64,000 bases of DNA from Lama glama (Eukaryota): assembly GCA_028534125.1 (NCBI GenBank), contig CM052817.1, positions 16,556,001-16,620,000 of the forward strand. The letters run 5' to 3'. The position numbers and the translations under genes are program-made. Numbering within the stretch: position 1 is the stretch's first letter; each line of letters opens with the position of its first letter. Below are positions 63,166 to 64,000 of this stretch, one piece after another. Below the pieces are notes generated by a model, which saw only the letters and a list, made by a program, of their open reading frames with translations, was not told the origin of the DNA and did no database searches.

Positions 63166-64000
63166 CCTTCTGTTTTTAGTTTCTCTCTTCCCTACCCTTG
63201 ACCCCCCAGATTGAAGAGATACCCTCACAGATCCGTTCCGTTTCTGTTCTGTCCATGCATGGGAATGGGACTGATAAACTCTTCTATGGGGCTTCAGAGC
63301 CAAGAAACAAAGAGAGGAAATAAAAGGAGGACAAATGACAGTTCACTGTAAGGGCAAGGAATGTAATTAGCATGGTGGTTGACAGCTCAGGCTCAGGTGG
63401 AAAGGCCTGTTTGGAACCCTCTCTCAGCCACATTTACAAGCTGTGTGACCTGAGCAAGTCACTTCATCTCTCTGAGCCTGACTTCTCTCATCTGTAAAAC
63501 AAGGCTGTCACATTTGGTTGTTGTGATGACTAAATCAAGTGTTACTCATGAGCAGTGTGTAACATTCCATGAAGACCTAAGGATCTGATGCATGCCTAAC
63601 AGCAATGGCTAAAAGTCAGAAAAATAGCTACCCAGTAATGGATTGGATGACCTTGTAAGGTAGTGAGGGCTGTGCAACCAGAAGGATTCAAGGAAAAGCA
63701 AGGCTGCTACCTCTTAGGAAGCCGGATTGGAAGGAGGATTTCTGCATCCATTAAGAGGCCAGCTGAGATGAATTCTGTGATGCCAGCTCTTGCGGGGAGG
63801 GGATCCAAGATGAAGGAAAGACTGTCAGCCTTAAGGGCAGGCATCTGGTTCTTGGCACAGAACCGGATATGTGCCACCCAACCCGCCCACGGGACCCCAC
63901 TCGGCCCCTGGAGGCTATTTTTACTCCTCGCCTTTTCCAGATCTATTTTGTTAATCTCCTTATATTTGCTGTTTTGACTTCCCAGCCAGCTTGCTAATCA

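Noticed and set aside
63170..64000. Possible 3' end of the downstream neighbour (CCDC149 in human synteny)
   Set aside because: No coding exon or recognisable UTR visible; cannot be supported from this window.

Overview
Mammalian genomic DNA, most likely from a camelid (camel, alpaca or llama), judged from two tRNA-derived SINEs with the (AAAT)n-AAACCTAATTACC tail and from artiodactyl/camelid-type L1 3' ends. The only supportable protein-coding gene is SOD3 (extracellular Cu/Zn superoxide dismutase) on the + strand. It has a non-coding exon ending at 55811, a 3618-bp GT-AG intron, and a terminal exon from 59430 holding the whole 243-aa CDS (59446-60177), with an ATTAAA poly(A) signal at 60956. 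The upstream ~55 kb is intergenic and rich in L1, L2, MIR, MaLR/ERV LTRs and hAT MITEs, several nested and several with readable target-site duplications (TSDs). I see no clear new biological system. The best leads are: (1) unusual SOD3 substitutions (HKKRRR heparin-binding motif, extra Cys, second N-glycan sequon); (2) a spliced upstream-ATG ORF overlapping SOD3 out of frame; (3) a C-rich higher-order repeat in the 3'UTR; (4) an old ~210-bp duplicated module with CCAAT/TATA/STAT6-like blocks about 22 kb upstream; (5) a candidate short L1 3' transduction. Repeat subfamily names and human/bovine comparisons come from memory and need database confirmation.
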